Of a stretch of DNA of 25,632 nt, positions 18,230 through 25,632 are shown piece by piece. Position numbers and translations under genes: made by a program. The stretch spans positions 1 to 25,632 of the forward strand of contig JBDRBU010000024.1 of assembly GCA_043822305.1 (NCBI GenBank), written 5' to 3'. This DNA is from Candidatus Firestoneibacteriota bacterium (GTDB lineage Bacteria > Oederibacteriota > D2-FULL-39-29 > JBDRBU01). The first letter of the stretch is position 1. Each line of letters starts with the position of its first letter. The notes under the pieces were generated by a model. It searched no databases and was not told the DNA's origin. It saw nothing but the letters and a program-made list of their open reading frames with translations.

Positions 18230-18742
18230 TTATCTTTCATAAAGTTTTTTCAACTCATTAAGTTTTTTTTGTATGGCTAATTTTCTTACAAAATGTAAAT
18301 AATCTATGAACAAGACACCATTTAAATGGTCAATCTCGTGTTGCAAAACCCTGGCTAATAAATTCTCTCCAATTACCTGTATTTCTTTCCCTTCTAAATT
18401 TAAGGCCTTAATCTTTACCTTGGATGCCCTTTCTATTTCTTCTGTAATTTCCGGGAAACTTAAACAACCCTCTTCTAATTTAATCTTTCCGCTTTTATTT
18501 ATAATCTCAGGATTTACAAGAACAAGTAAATCTTCTTTTTTTTCTCCTTTACTTGTATCTATAACACATATTTTCTCAAGAAACCCCACTTGATTTGCTG
18601 CCAAGCCAACACCTTTTGATATTCTCATTGTCTCTATCATCGAATGAACAATTTCTTTCACTTGACTATTAATCCTTTCTAAAGGTATCGTCTTTTTCCG
18701 CAAAAATGGGTCCCCATATGTTCTCATTTCTAATATGCTCAT
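18230..18742 (-). CDS. def: Peptide deformylase
   Basis: GVGLAANQVG, EGCLS and QHEIDHLNG. Confidence 0.98.
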   Translation of the reverse strand: MSILEMRTYGDPFLRKKTIPLERINSQVKEIVHSMIETMRISKGVGLAANQVGFLEKICVIDTSKGEKKEDLLVLVNPEIINKSGKIKLEEGCLSFPEITEEIERASKVKIKALNLEGKEIQVIGENLLARVLQHEIDHLNGVLFIDYLHFVRKLAIQKKLNELKKLYER

Positions 18743-18747
18743 TATGT

Positions 18748-18777
18748 ATTATATCAATTATTTATAATAAAAATCAA
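18748..18777 (-). promoter_or_regulatory. Promoter for def, probably leaderless
   Basis: TTGATT, 18 bp, then TATAAT with an extended TGn; the ATG lies 5 nt after the -10; no RBS. Confidence 0.6.
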
Positions 18778-18784
18778 GAAAGTA

Positions 18785-18813
18785 TTGACATATTATTAAA
18801 AATAATTTACAAT
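18785..18813 (+). promoter_or_regulatory. Promoter for pilT, probably leaderless
   Basis: TTGACA, 17 bp, TACAAT, 7 nt, ATG 18821; no RBS. Confidence 0.7.
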
Positions 18814-18820
18814 ATTTAAT

Positions 18821-19773
18821 ATGGAAATGAATGAATTATTAAAATTAACCTTGGAAAAAAAATCTTCTGATTTAATTATAACATCAGATTCACCCCCTAT
18901 TTTAAGAATAGATGGTGATGTGATTCAAACTAAATTAGCCAAACTATCTCCAGCAGATACCAAATTACTTATAAACAGCATTCTTGATAATGAACAAAAA
19001 CAAACTTTTGAGAGACGAAAAGAACTTGATTTATCATACGAAATTCCAAAATTAAGTCGTTTTAGAGTAAATGTATATATGCAGAAAGGAACTGTAGCCG
19101 CTACAATTAGACCCATACCACTGCATCTGCATTAAAACATGTTGTCCGACAAAGTCCTGATGTAATAATGGTTGGAGAAATGAGAGACTTAGAAACTATC
19201 TCAACGGCTATAACGGCCGCAGAAACGGGTCATTTGGTTCTTGGAACATTACATACTATTGATGCTACCCAAAGTATACATCGTGTAGTAGATGTATTCC
19301 CACCCGGTCAGCAGTCACAAATAAGAATTCAGTTCGCTGGAGCACTTCAAGGAATAATAGCCCAGCAATTATTACCTAAAGCAAATAAAACCGGAAGAAT
19401 TCCTGCGACTGAAGTACTGGTATCAACACCGGCTATAAGGAATCTGATAATAAACAATGATATTCAGCAAATCCCATTATTAGTTCATACAGGTAAAGAT
19501 GTTGGGATGAAGACATTAAATCAATCATTAAGAGAACTATATAGAAAAAAAATAATAACTTACGAAACAGCACTCTCAAGTGCAACTAATATAAATGAAT
19601 TTAAACGATTAATACGTTCAGACCTTGAAAAATACAAAAGGAAAAAAGGTTTTAAGATTATACGATTCTTAAAAATAGTATTTAAGGGTAGAACAGTTTT
19701 ATTATTTAAAGTAAAAAAATATATCCAGACATTTTATAAAAAAGCTGTATCTTCCAGTAAGTTCTGGGGTTAA
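18821..19773 (+). pseudogene. pilT: Type IV pilus retraction ATPase PilT with internal deletion and frameshift
   Basis: The N-domain (SDL..PPILRIDG..RFRVNVY..IRPIP) jumps at ~19122 into another frame reading ASALKHVVRQSPDVIMVGEMRDLET..AETGHLVLGTLHT. Walker A and the Asp box are missing. Confidence 0.88.
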
Positions 19774-19779
19774 TACAGA

Positions 19780-20502
19780 CTATAAAGTAAACTTCTCTCC
19801 CAGGTAAATTTTCTTTGCTTCTTTATCTTTGGCCAGACTTTTTGCATTACCCGATAAAAGTATTTTCCCCTCATACATTATATATGCTCTGTCAGTAATT
19901 GAAAGAGTTTCTCTTACATTATGGTCTGTAATTAGTATACCTAAACCTTTTTCTTTTAACTGTGAAATAACCTGTTGAATCTCAGACACTGTAATAGGGT
20001 CTATCCCTAAAAATGGTTCATCTAATAATAAAAAAGAAGGACTTGTAACCAAGGCACGGGTTACCTCAACTCTTCTCCTTTCACCCCCGGAAAGAGTATA
20101 GGCCTTATTCTTGGCCAGATGAGATATATTAAATTCATCAAGTAAACTTTTCAACCTTTTTTGTTTTTCTGACTTAGAGATATCAAGAGTTTCTAAAATC
20201 GCCAGTATATTTTCTTCAACAGTTAATTTTCTAAATATAGAAGGTTCTTGAGGTAAATATCCAAGACCATATCTTGAGCGCTCATATGTAGGAGAAAAAG
20301 TAATATCTTTCTCGTCTATAAAAACCCTGCCAAAATCTGGTCTTATCAGTCCAACGATCATGTGGAAAGTTGTACTCTTGCCTGCACCATTTGGGCCAAG
20401 TAAACCAACAACCTCACCCTGATTCACTTCTATATTCACTTTCTGAACAACTTCTCTTTTTTTATATCTTTTAACCAAATTTTCAGTTCTTATGGCTCTC
20501 AT
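19780..20502 (-). CDS. lptB: LPS export ABC transporter ATP-binding protein
   Basis: GPNGAGKST, YLPQEPSIFRKLTV, LSGGERRR, LLDEPF and TDHNVRET. Confidence 0.97.
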   Translation of the reverse strand: MRAIRTENLVKRYKKREVVQKVNIEVNQGEVVGLLGPNGAGKSTTFHMIVGLIRPDFGRVFIDEKDITFSPTYERSRYGLGYLPQEPSIFRKLTVEENILAILETLDISKSEKQKRLKSLLDEFNISHLAKNKAYTLSGGERRRVEVTRALVTSPSFLLLDEPFLGIDPITVSEIQQVISQLKEKGLGILITDHNVRETLSITDRAYIMYEGKILLSGNAKSLAKDKEAKKIYLGEKFTL

Positions 20503-21155
20503 TGTTTTTTTTCCTCAAAATAAATTAATGCTTTCACATTTGAGTCGGCTATTAAGTTTCTTTTTTTAGTAAATATTGTTATTTTGTCTCCTTCATATTT
20601 ATCCTGCTTTTTAAAAACAACTGGTTTACCTTCCAAAACTATCTTTTCTAAACTTTTATCGTAATTTGCCTGACCGCACAATATTTTTATATCTTCCTTT
20701 ATCATCTCTACATTTCCAGACACAACTGCTTTTTCTTCTTCACTAAATAATTCCACTACATCACTTTTTACTGTAGTCTTAATCCCTTCGCTATCAGTTA
20801 AGAGCAAAACCGGAGATTTTCTCATCACGACATACTTATTACTCTTGAAATATTCCACATATTCACCTTTCATTTCCATAGTATTATTTTTATTTACAAA
20901 ACTAACATTATCTTCTGCAATTATTTTATCATTATTGGGAAGAATCGTTAATTTGTCTGATTTCAAAATATTACCAGCGTGCTTTAAAACTACATCTTTC
21001 ATATAAACAATTTCTTTCGTTTTATTATTCCCTAAAACTAATTTTGCTGTTATTTCTAAAGGTTCCTTTTGTGTTACTTTTAATTCCTGAGCATTTAAAA
21101 TACTCACAAAAATTGGGACAGCCACCATTTTTTTTAAAAAAGGGGTCAGAGTCAT
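20499..21155 (-). CDS. lptA: LptA/OstA-family LPS transport protein
   Basis: Signal-like N-terminus and beta-jellyroll pattern (PLEITA, SGNV, LEGKP, GDKIT); lies between lptC and lptB with 4-nt overlaps. Confidence 0.8.
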   Translation of the reverse strand: MTLTPFLKKMVAVPIFVSILNAQELKVTQKEPLEITAKLVLGNNKTKEIVYMKDVVLKHAGNILKSDKLTILPNNDKIIAEDNVSFVNKNNTMEMKGEYVEYFKSNKYVVMRKSPVLLLTDSEGIKTTVKSDVVELFSEEEKAVVSGNVEMIKEDIKILCGQANYDKSLEKIVLEGKPVVFKKQDKYEGDKITIFTKKRNLIADSNVKALIYFEEKKQ

Positions 21156-21703
21156 TTTTTCCTTTCTTCTAATGACTTCAAGTCTGTAATTTTAGTAGTA
21201 GTTTCTTTCATGACAACATTCTCGAGCATTAAATCAGATTCCAGACCAATACCTGTCATGACATTATCTCCTCTTGTAATTTTTACATGTTCATCAGTAA
21301 ATAATTTATTATTTTTTTCAGACCATTTAAGCTTCTCCGTCTCTAAAGTAGTATTGGCTTGAGTAGTTAATACTACCTGGCCGGATACTTCCATATTGTT
21401 TGTATCAGTATATATAGTTCCTTCATTACTTCTTAAATTAGAAATCTCCTTGCCTTTATCGAAATATTTTGTTTGGACATTGTAAAATTTCATGAGTTTT
21501 TCTTTCAAGTATACCTGTGCTTCATCAGCATCAACCTCTATTTTTTTTGCCCCATTGATAGTTTGAATTAAATTAAAACCTTTCATGGCAATTAGGTTTT
21601 TGGGTACATTACTCCTAACCAATGGCTTTTCGGGTTTAGTAGCACAATTAGATAAAAATATAAAAAAAATAATCAAAAAAAATTTAAATTTGTTGTTTCT
21701 CAT
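21152..21703 (-). CDS. lptC: LPS export periplasmic protein LptC
   Basis: N-terminal anchor with a lipobox-like LSNC; LETEKLKW...TDEHVKI...GIGLESD. Confidence 0.88.
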   Translation of the reverse strand: MRNNKFKFFLIIFFIFLSNCATKPEKPLVRSNVPKNLIAMKGFNLIQTINGAKKIEVDADEAQVYLKEKLMKFYNVQTKYFDKGKEISNLRSNEGTIYTDTNNMEVSGQVVLTTQANTTLETEKLKWSEKNNKLFTDEHVKITRGDNVMTGIGLESDLMLENVVMKETTTKITDLKSLEERKK

Positions 21704-21710
21704 AAATCAT

Positions 21711-21739
21711 AGTATAACCTAAATAAACATACTTTTCAA
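21711..21739 (-). promoter_or_regulatory. Promoter for lptCAB, probably leaderless
   Basis: TTGAAA, 17 bp, TATACT, 7 nt, ATG 21703. Confidence 0.6.
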
Positions 21740-21764
21740 TAGAAAATTTAAATAACTTTTCTTA

Positions 21765-21793
21765 TTGACATAATCATAAACTTTGTATATAAT
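21765..21793 (+). promoter_or_regulatory. Consensus sigma70 promoter for trpB2
   Basis: TTGACA (21765-21770), 17 bp, TATAAT (21788-21793). Confidence 0.8.
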
Positions 21794-21802
21794 TTTATCA
21801 GT

Positions 21803-21823
21803 GTCGGGGACGACCCTGACTAC
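21803..21823 (-). repeat. GTAG-type REP-like hairpin, second stem variant
   Basis: Minus strand reads GTAGTCAGGG-TCGT-CCCCGAC; the stem has one mismatch. Confidence 0.6.
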
Positions 21824-21844
21824 CAAATTATTGGTATTTTATTG

Positions 21845-21867
21845 GTAGTCGCAGGCTTTAGCCTGCG
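21845..21867 (+). repeat. GTAG-type REP-like hairpin abutting the trpB2 RBS
   Basis: GTAGTCGCAGGCTTTAGCCTGCG followed immediately by AGGAGGT. Confidence 0.85.
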
Positions 21868-21880
21868 AGGAGGTACTATT

Positions 21881-23233
21881 ATGGAACAAAATAAAATCAC
21901 TTTAAGTGAAAGGGATTTACCTACAGAATGGCATAATATTCTACCGGATTTACCGGAACAACTTCCCCCACCGCTTAAACCAGATGGAACACCTATAGGT
22001 CCACAGGACCTGGCCACAATATTTCCTATGGAACTTATAAAACAAGAAGTAAGTTCTGAAAGATGGATAGGTATTCCTGATGATATTTTAAAGGTTTATA
22101 AATTATGGAGACCGACACCATTACATAGAGCGTATAACTTAGAAAAAGCACTTAAAACACCAGCAAGAATTTATTATAAAAATGAGAGTGTTTCTCCTGC
22201 TGGAAGTCATAAATTAAACACTGCTACCGCTCAAGCATATTATAATAAAAAAGAAGGCGTGAAAAGATTAACAACAGAAACGGGTGCAGGACAATGGGGA
22301 AGCGCCATATCTTTTGGCTGTAACTTTTTTGGATTAGAATGCACAGTTTACATGGTCAGGGTTTCTTACGAACAAAAACCTTATAGAAAAATCTTAATGC
22401 AAACATGGGGTTCAAAAGTTTACCCTTCACCAACTAATTTAACAAATGCAGGTAGAAGTGTCTTAGAGAAAGACCCAAATTCATTAGGCTCACTTGGTAT
22501 GGCCATCTCAGAAGCAGTTGAAGATGCGGCTACTCATCAAGACACTAAATATTGCCTTGGAAGTGTATTAAACCATGTCTTGCTCCATCAGACAGTAATA
22601 GGATTAGAATTAAAAAAACAGTTAAAAATTGCAGGTGAAAAACCAGATATTATAGTAGGCTGTGTCGGTGGAGGAAGCAACTTTTCAGGTTTATTCTTCC
22701 CATTTGTCACTGATAAACTTAAAGGAGAGGATATAAGATTTATAGCCGTAGAACCAACTGCATGTCCAACATTAACAAAGGGACCCTATAGATATGATCA
22801 TGGAGATGAAGCCAAGATGACCCCTTTAATGAAAATGTATACATTAGGTCATAGTTTTGTGCCTTCAGGAATTCATGCTGGAGGTTTACGCTACCATGGA
22901 GATGCTCCTATACTATGTCTTTTAGTAAATAAAAAAATAGTAGAAGCAGTAGCCTATCCACAGAACCCTGTGTTTGAGTCAGCCGTCTTATTCGCTAAAA
23001 CTGAAGGCATACTTCCTGCTCCTGAAACAGCACATGCTATTAAATATGCAATTGATGAAGCCATAAAATGTAAAGAAACAAAACAGGAAAAATGTATAGT
23101 CATAGGATTCAGCGGACATGGCTATTTCGATTTAGCCGCATATGAAGCATATCTTAATGGAAAACTTGAAGATTTGGCCTTGGATGAAAACAAAATCAAA
23201 GAAGCCTTGAAAGATTTACCTGAGTTCAAATAA
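21881..23233 (+). CDS. trpB2: TrpB-like PLP-dependent enzyme (tryptophan synthase beta, TrpB2 type)
   Basis: [50 protein letters not shown] and SGHG; AGGAGGT RBS before ATG 21881. Confidence 0.95.
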   Translation: MEQNKITLSERDLPTEWHNILPDLPEQLPPPLKPDGTPIGPQDLATIFPMELIKQEVSSERWIGIPDDILKVYKLWRPTPLHRAYNLEKALKTPARIYYKNESVSPAGSHKLNTATAQAYYNKKEGVKRLTTETGAGQWGSAISFGCNFFGLECTVYMVRVSYEQKPYRKILMQTWGSKVYPSPTNLTNAGRSVLEKDPNSLGSLGMAISEAVEDAATHQDTKYCLGSVLNHVLLHQTVIGLELKKQLKIAGEKPDIIVGCVGGGSNFSGLFFPFVTDKLKGEDIRFIAVEPTACPTLTKGPYRYDHGDEAKMTPLMKMYTLGHSFVPSGIHAGGLRYHGDAPILCLLVNKKIVEAVAYPQNPVFESAVLFAKTEGILPAPETAHAIKYAIDEAIKCKETKQEKCIVIGFSGHGYFDLAAYEAYLNGKLEDLALDENKIKEALKDLPEFK

Positions 23234-23258
23234 TCAGACTTTTATTATTTCAGATGGA

Positions 23259-25511
23259 ATGAAATCTAAAAATTTAATTTATGTAATCTTATTTATTATA
23301 TCATTATTTGTTTATCTTTTAACTATCTGCCCAACAATATATGTTGGAGATAGTGGAGAAATTATTTCAGCAGCATATCATTTAGGAATTCCCCACCCTC
23401 CTGGTTATCCATTATTCTGCATGATTGGCAAGTTGTTTTCCTATATCCCCTTGGGAACTATTGCTCTTAGAGTAAACTTGGTTTCAGCATTTTTCGGTAG
23501 TCTTACAATATTAGTATTATTTTTAACTTTACTCGCTTTTTCCATTTCGTCCCATATAAAATGGAACGCTACTTTGGTTGCTTTTTCCACTTCTTTATTG
23601 CTTGCATTTTCAAAAACATACTGGGCGCAATGTGTTCAAGCCAAAGGCGGAATATATACATTAAATACCTTTTTTATAATCTTAATATTATATTTATTGC
23701 TCTCAAAAAGTAAACCCCGCACCTTCTGGTGCGAGGGTAATGTTGCTTTAATTTCTATAATTTGTGGATTAAGCCTGGCCAATCATAACACCATGCTCCC
23801 TCTTGTATTTTTGTTTTTTATATTTATATTATGGCAAACATATTTATCAAATAAAAAAAATCTTTTAAATGTTTTTTTTACTTTTTTTACTTTAGTTACT
23901 TTTGTTACTTTCCTTACTTATTTATATCTTCCTCTTCGCTCATTAGCCAATCCACCCATGGACTGGGGAAACCCGGAAACATTATCAAACATTTTACATC
24001 ATATATTTAGAGGTCAGTATGGCACTATAAGCGAACACGAAAGGTCTATTGGTTTATTAATAAAACAAATTTCTTCATATATAAACTTTTTACTTGCTCA
24101 ATTTTCTATATTTCCACTATTATTTCTACCTTTTGGAGTATTAATTTTTTACAAGAATTTAAAACAACATCTTTTTCTTTTAACTTTAATCTTCCTTTCA
24201 ACTAATCTGGGATTTATTATTTTGACAAATTTTAGTATTAACACTTTAAGTTTATACCTGATAGAGGTTTTTTATATCCCTTCTTATATAATCATTTTAA
24301 TTTTCATTTTTGCAGGGATAATTTTTATAATTAATAAACTACCTCAAAAATCTCAACTAATCTTTAGTTCTCTTCTAGTTCTTTTCCCTTTATTATGTTT
24401 AGTGCTTAACTATGGTTACAATGATAAAAGTAAAAATTATTTTGCATATGACTATGGTCTAAACTTACTTAAATCTATAGATTCTGGTTCAAATCTTCTT
24501 GTGGCCGGAGACAATACTGCTTTTACTACTGCATATTTAACAATGGTAGAAGGAAAAAGTAAGGATAGCACTTACTATGATGATTATGGTTTAATATTTA
24601 GCAATATAGATTCTGAATTAGAAAAAATTTCAGCAACAGATTACTTAAAACGACTTGATTACATTAAAAACAAATTATTATATTCACCTAAACCAACCTA
24701 TTTCGTCATGGGCAGTAATATTCACAAAGATATTCAAACAACTTACAGCAATCAATTTAATGCTGAACCTGTAGGACTGCTTTACCAGATAACTAAAAAA
24801 AATCAGAAAATTAAATATAAACCCTTTGAGCAATTTCAATTTAGAGGATTAAATGACGATTCTATTTACAAGGACTTTATGATTAGAACAATAATAGCCC
24901 AGTATTACTTTTTTTATGGTGAATATTTAAGAAAAACAAATAAAATTTCCGAGGCAAATTTATATTATAAAAAAGCAAATGAAATTGGGTATGATGATGA
25001 ATCCATACAAATAATGTTAGGGTTTCTTTCACAACAACAAGGAGATTTAAAAGATGCATTAAACTTAAGTAAAAAAGCAGTTGAAATAAATCCATACTCA
25101 TCAGAAGCATGGAATAATTACGGAACTGTGCTTTCAAAACTTGGAGGGCATAATGAATCCATTGAAGCATATAAAAAGGCTATAGATATAGACCCTAAAA
25201 CTGTAACATACTACAATAATCTTGCCGGAGCATATTTTAATACAGGAAACTATGAACTTGCAATAAAAACTTACGAAAAGGCCGGTTCTATTGATGAGAA
25301 AGGATTAAATTATTATGGTCTGGGACTTACTTACTCAAAACTTGGGTTAACAGATAATGCTATAAACACTTTTTTAAAAGGATTATCTATAAATCCATCT
25401 TCTGATATGTATTATGGACTTGGCAACCTTTATTTAAACTCAGGAAAAATTCCCGAAGCAATAAAATATTATAATGAAGGGATAAAGACGAAGAGACTTC
25501 CTCAAGTTTAA
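23259..25511 (+). CDS. DUF2723 (TMEM260-like GT-C glycosyltransferase) membrane protein with C-terminal TPR repeats
   Basis: GDSGE...LGIPHPPGYPLF, YLPLRS...DWGNP and GDN motifs, many TM helices, and TPRs (AWNNYG, YYNNLA). Confidence 0.88.
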   Translation: MKSKNLIYVILFIISLFVYLLTICPTIYVGDSGEIISAAYHLGIPHPPGYPLFCMIGKLFSYIPLGTIALRVNLVSAFFGSLTILVLFLTLLAFSISSHIKWNATLVAFSTSLLLAFSKTYWAQCVQAKGGIYTLNTFFIILILYLLLSKSKPRTFWCEGNVALISIICGLSLANHNTMLPLVFLFFIFILWQTYLSNKKNLLNVFFTFFTLVTFVTFLTYLYLPLRSLANPPMDWGNPETLSNILHHIFRGQYGTISEHERSIGLLIKQISSYINFLLAQFSIFPLLFLPFGVLIFYKNLKQHLFLLTLIFLSTNLGFIILTNFSINTLSLYLIEVFYIPSYIIILIFIFAGIIFIINKLPQKSQLIFSSLLVLFPLLCLVLNYGYNDKSKNYFAYDYGLNLLKSIDSGSNLLVAGDNTAFTTAYLTMVEGKSKDSTYYDDYGLIFSNIDSELEKISATDYLKRLDYIKNKLLYSPKPTYFVMGSNIHKDIQTTYSNQFNAEPVGLLYQITKKNQKIKYKPFEQFQFRGLNDDSIYKDFMIRTIIAQYYFFYGEYLRKTNKISEANLYYKKANEIGYDDESIQIMLGFLSQQQGDLKDALNLSKKAVEINPYSSEAWNNYGTVLSKLGGHNESIEAYKKAIDIDPKTVTYYNNLAGAYFNTGNYELAIKTYEKAGSIDEKGLNYYGLGLTYSKLGLTDNAINTFLKGLSINPSSDMYYGLGNLYLNSGKIPEAIKYYNEGIKTKRLPQV
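23548..23572 (-). repeat. GTAG-type REP-like hairpin inside the DUF2723 gene
   Basis: Minus strand reads GTAG-CGTTCCAT-TTTAT-ATGGGACG (8-bp stem, one G-T pair); translated as SSHIKWNAT. Confidence 0.6.
23711..23738. repeat. Palindromic element inside the DUF2723 gene
   Basis: TAAACCCCGCACCTTCTGGTGCG identical to 18138-18160, extended by AGGGT; translated as KPRTFWCEG. Confidence 0.85.
23874..23918 (+). repeat. Five in-frame 9-bp tandem units TTNNTTACT
   Basis: TTTTTTACT, TTTTTTACT, TTAGTTACT, TTTGTTACT, TTCCTTACT encode FFT FFT LVT FVT FLT. Confidence 0.7.
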
Positions 25512-25597
25512 TGTAATATTTTTTATTATATATAGTATATAATATGGTAACCTATATGTAAAGGAAAAAGTTTATACCTTTTAAAGGAGGTTACCAA

Positions 25598-25632
25598 ATG
25601 GTTAATTTTGATAAAAGTAAAATTAAAGTAAA
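25598..25632 (+). CDS. Start of an unidentified gene running off the window
   Basis: AAAGGAGG RBS, then ATG and an open frame MVNFDKSKIKV to the edge. Confidence 0.6.
   Translation, partial: MVNFDKSKIKV

Noticed and set aside
19093..19105. TGTAGCCGCTACA palindrome sharing GTAGCCGC with the REP at 12769, near the pilT breakpoint
   Set aside because: Encodes ordinary PilT residues (VAAT) and lacks the REP stem-loop; likely chance.
21842..21880. Longer N-terminus of TrpB2 given by the ORF track
   Set aside because: It reads through the REP and the RBS; AGGAGGT points to ATG 21881.
25545..25596. TGGTAACCT / AGGTTACCA inverted repeat overlapping the RBS of the last gene
   Set aside because: The 5' arm lies partly upstream of the start site implied by TATAAT at 25538, and the gene is unidentified, so support is insufficient.

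Overview
AT-rich chromosomal segment of a diderm bacterium (it carries the LPS export genes lptCAB); the lineage cannot be fixed from sequence alone. Most genes are housekeeping. One minus-strand run is fhs-like, cyclodeaminase/cyclohydrolase, PilZ, mreBCD, a type IV AbiE toxin-antitoxin insert with its own consensus promoter, mrdA, rodA and a B12-radical SAM fusion. A second run is def, fmt, nifU, mnmA, an fdhD remnant and nadA. The window ends with a pilT pseudogene, lptCAB, trpB2 and a DUF2723/TPR membrane protein. Structure that the ORF track does not explain: (1) five GTAG-headed REP-like hairpins, plus a second 23-bp palindromic element present identically inside two unrelated genes with both reading frames left open; (2) an accessory islet with a 4-TM plus winged-helix gene next to a helically phased GAGCG repeat array; (3) a full-length Fhs homologue that has lost its catalytic motifs; (4) three genes with clean deletions and an IS end remnant; (5) three apparently leaderless promoters. 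No tRNA, rRNA or CRISPR array was seen. All family assignments come from motif recognition by eye, not database searches.
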